A stretch of 64,000 bases of DNA, from the NCBI GenBank assembly GCA_963783375.1, contig CAWANH010000029.1, positions 896,001 to 960,000 of the forward strand, read 5' to 3'. The notes under the pieces are model-generated. The model worked only from the letters and a program-made list of their open reading frames with translations, did not search any database and had not been told where the DNA came from. The translations under genes were made by a program, and so were the position numbers. The stretch is from Candidatus Eiseniibacteriota bacterium (GTDB lineage Bacteria > Eisenbacteria > RBG-16-71-46 > JABDJR01). Below, piece after piece: positions 62,199 through 64,000 of the stretch (positions are counted from its first letter, which is position 1; the number at the start of each line of letters is the position of its first letter).

Positions 62199-64000
62199 AT
62201 GTCGCTGAGCCCCGGGGCCCGGTTGGGCCCGTACCAAATCGTCTCCCCGCTCGGGGCCGGCGGCATGGGCGAGGTCTACCGAGCCACGGACACCCGTCTG
62301 GGGCGCGAGGTCGCGGTCAAGGTGCTCCCCCGGCACCTGAGCGAGAACGCCGAGGTTCGCGCGCGCTTCGAGCGGGAAGCGAGGACCGTTTCCTCCCTGA
62401 ACCATCCCCATATCTGCACCCTCTTCGACGTCGGACGCGAGGGGGACACGGACTACCTCGTGATGGAGCTCATCGAAGGTGAGACCCTCGCCCAGCGGCT
62501 CACCCGGGGCCCCGTGCCGATCGACCAGGTCGCCACAATCGGCGCGCAGATCGCCAACGCGCTCACGCTCGCACACCGTTCCGGCATCGTGCACCGTGAT
62601 CTCAAACCCGGCAACGTCATGCTCACGAAGTCGGGGGCAAAGCTCATGGACTTCGGCCTGGCGCGCCCCACGGGTCTTGCCGGCGGCGAGAGCGACAAGT
62701 CCATGGCGACCCTCACCCAGTCCCCCACCATGGCCGAACCGCTCACCGCGCAGGGGACGATCGTCGGCACCTTCCAATACATGTCGCCCGAGCAGCTGGA
62801 AGGCAAGGAGGCCGACGCGCGCAGCGACATCTGGGCGCTCGGGTGCATCCTGTATGAAATGGCAACCGGCAGGCATGCCTTCGACGGCAAAAGCCAGGCG
62901 TCGCTGATCGCCGCGATCCTCGAGCACGAACCGGAGCCCATCACCGACCTCCAACCGATGTCGCCGCTGGGCCTGGATCGTCTGGTGCGGGCTTGCCTGG
63001 CCAAGGACCCGGACGACCGCGTTCAGACCTCGCACGACGTCCGGTTGCAGCTGGAGTGGCTCGGGGCGGAGCCGGCCGGCGGCGAGCGGCCGGCGGCAAC
63101 CCCCGCGCGTTCAAGGAGGATCGGTGTGCCGCCGCTGCTCGCGGCGCTGGCGGCGATTGCGGTGGTGGCCGTGCTGGCGTTCGTGGCCGGCCACCGGAAT
63201 GCGGCGTCCGCGGACGACCTGGCGGGAGACTTCCACCGGAGGACCTACGGCACCCAGAGCATCTTCACCGCGCGCTTCATGCCCGACAACAAGACGGTCG
63301 TGATGAGCGCGGCCCTCCACGGCAGCCGCACGGAACTGTTCGTCATTCGTCAGGAGTATCCCGAACCCCAGCCGCTGAACCGCAAGGACGTGCACCTGCT
63401 CGCCGTCTCCTCACGTGGTGAGCTGCTGGTTCTCGACCACGCCCGCTACACGGGGAGCCACCGGTTGTTCTCCGGCACCCTGGCGCGCATGCCGCTGGAA
63501 GGCGCGGCACCACGCGAGCTCATGGACAACGTCCGCGAGGCGGACTGGGGGCCGGACGGGGAGACCATGGCGATCATTCGGGACCTGGGAGCCGCCGACC
63601 GGCTCGAGTATCCAGTGGGGACCGTACTGCGCGAATCGGCCGGCTACCTGAGCGACGTGCGCGTGTCACCGGACGGCAACCTGGTGGCCTTTCTGGAGCA
63701 TCCCTGGCGTTTCGACGACCGCGGAAGCGTGCAGATCGTGGATCGCTCCGGAAAGAGCCGGGAGCTTTCGAGCGGCTACTGGGGACTGGAAGGCATGGCC
63801 TGGGCGCCGGACGGAAAATCGCTCTACTTCAGCGGAGGAAAGGGCGGGGCCATGTACAACGTGTTCCGCGTCACGCTGGACGGCGATGCGCACATGGTCA
63901 GCGACAACGCCGGCACCATGATCATCCACGACGTTTCCAGGGACGGGACGTGGGCCGTGAGTCGCGATGATACCGCCGAACGCATGTTCTTCCGGGCCGC
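62199..64000 (+). CDS. Ser/Thr kinase with TM and PD40/TolB-like propeller (runs off window)
   Basis: [45 protein letters not shown]; VSPDG/WAPDG repeats; frame open to the window end. Confidence 0.92.
   Translation, partial: MSLSPGARLGPYQIVSPLGAGGMGEVYRATDTRLGREVAVKVLPRHLSENAEVRARFEREARTVSSLNHPHICTLFDVGREGDTDYLVMELIEGETLAQRLTRGPVPIDQVATIGAQIANALTLAHRSGIVHRDLKPGNVMLTKSGAKLMDFGLARPTGLAGGESDKSMATLTQSPTMAEPLTAQGTIVGTFQYMSPEQLEGKEADARSDIWALGCILYEMATGRHAFDGKSQASLIAAILEHEPEPITDLQPMSPLGLDRLVRACLAKDPDDRVQTSHDVRLQLEWLGAEPAGGERPAATPARSRRIGVPPLLAALAAIAVVAVLAFVAGHRNAASADDLAGDFHRRTYGTQSIFTARFMPDNKTVVMSAALHGSRTELFVIRQEYPEPQPLNRKDVHLLAVSSRGELLVLDHARYTGSHRLFSGTLARMPLEGAAPRELMDNVREADWGPDGETMAIIRDLGAADRLEYPVGTVLRESAGYLSDVRVSPDGNLVAFLEHPWRFDDRGSVQIVDRSGKSRELSSGYWGLEGMAWAPDGKSLYFSGGKGGAMYNVFRVTLDGDAHMVSDNAGTMIIHDVSRDGTWAVSRDDTAERMFFRA

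Overview
This is a very GC-rich bacterial chromosomal segment. It most likely comes from an FCB-group candidate lineage (Ca. Eisenbacteria/Krumholzibacteria-like); this is inferred from FlgD-type C-terminal domains, '[ST]WGxxK' C-termini and expanded Ser/Thr kinases. Most genes are housekeeping or metabolic: lgt, proline dehydrogenase, trmJ, mlaEFD, metH-hppD-hmgA, a lysC-lysA fusion, a pilin, tRNA-Glu, lexA, an ABC-F ATPase, nfi, pip, two M1 peptidases, dodecin, ClC, MFS and asnS. No CRISPR array, reverse transcriptase, integrase or IS element was recognised. Highlights: (1) a sigma54-promoted 57-aa lipopeptide gene lying tail-to-tail with a kinase/degenerate-NTPase/TPR gene whose distal TPR region is compositionally divergent, a candidate peptide-receptor signalling pair; (2) a shared C-terminal 'TP..[ST]WGxxK..Y' tail on two unrelated secreted proteins, a candidate sorting signal; (3) a ~205-nt structured 6S-like RNA between lexA and tRNA-Glu; (4) an orphan gene coupled to lexA that ends in a beta-clamp-like motif; (5) at least five leaderless-type promoters; (6) a cluster of kinase/STAND gene fragments at 59.9-62 kb. 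Isolated homopolymer frameshifts are probably assembly errors. All calls were made by eye, without database searches.
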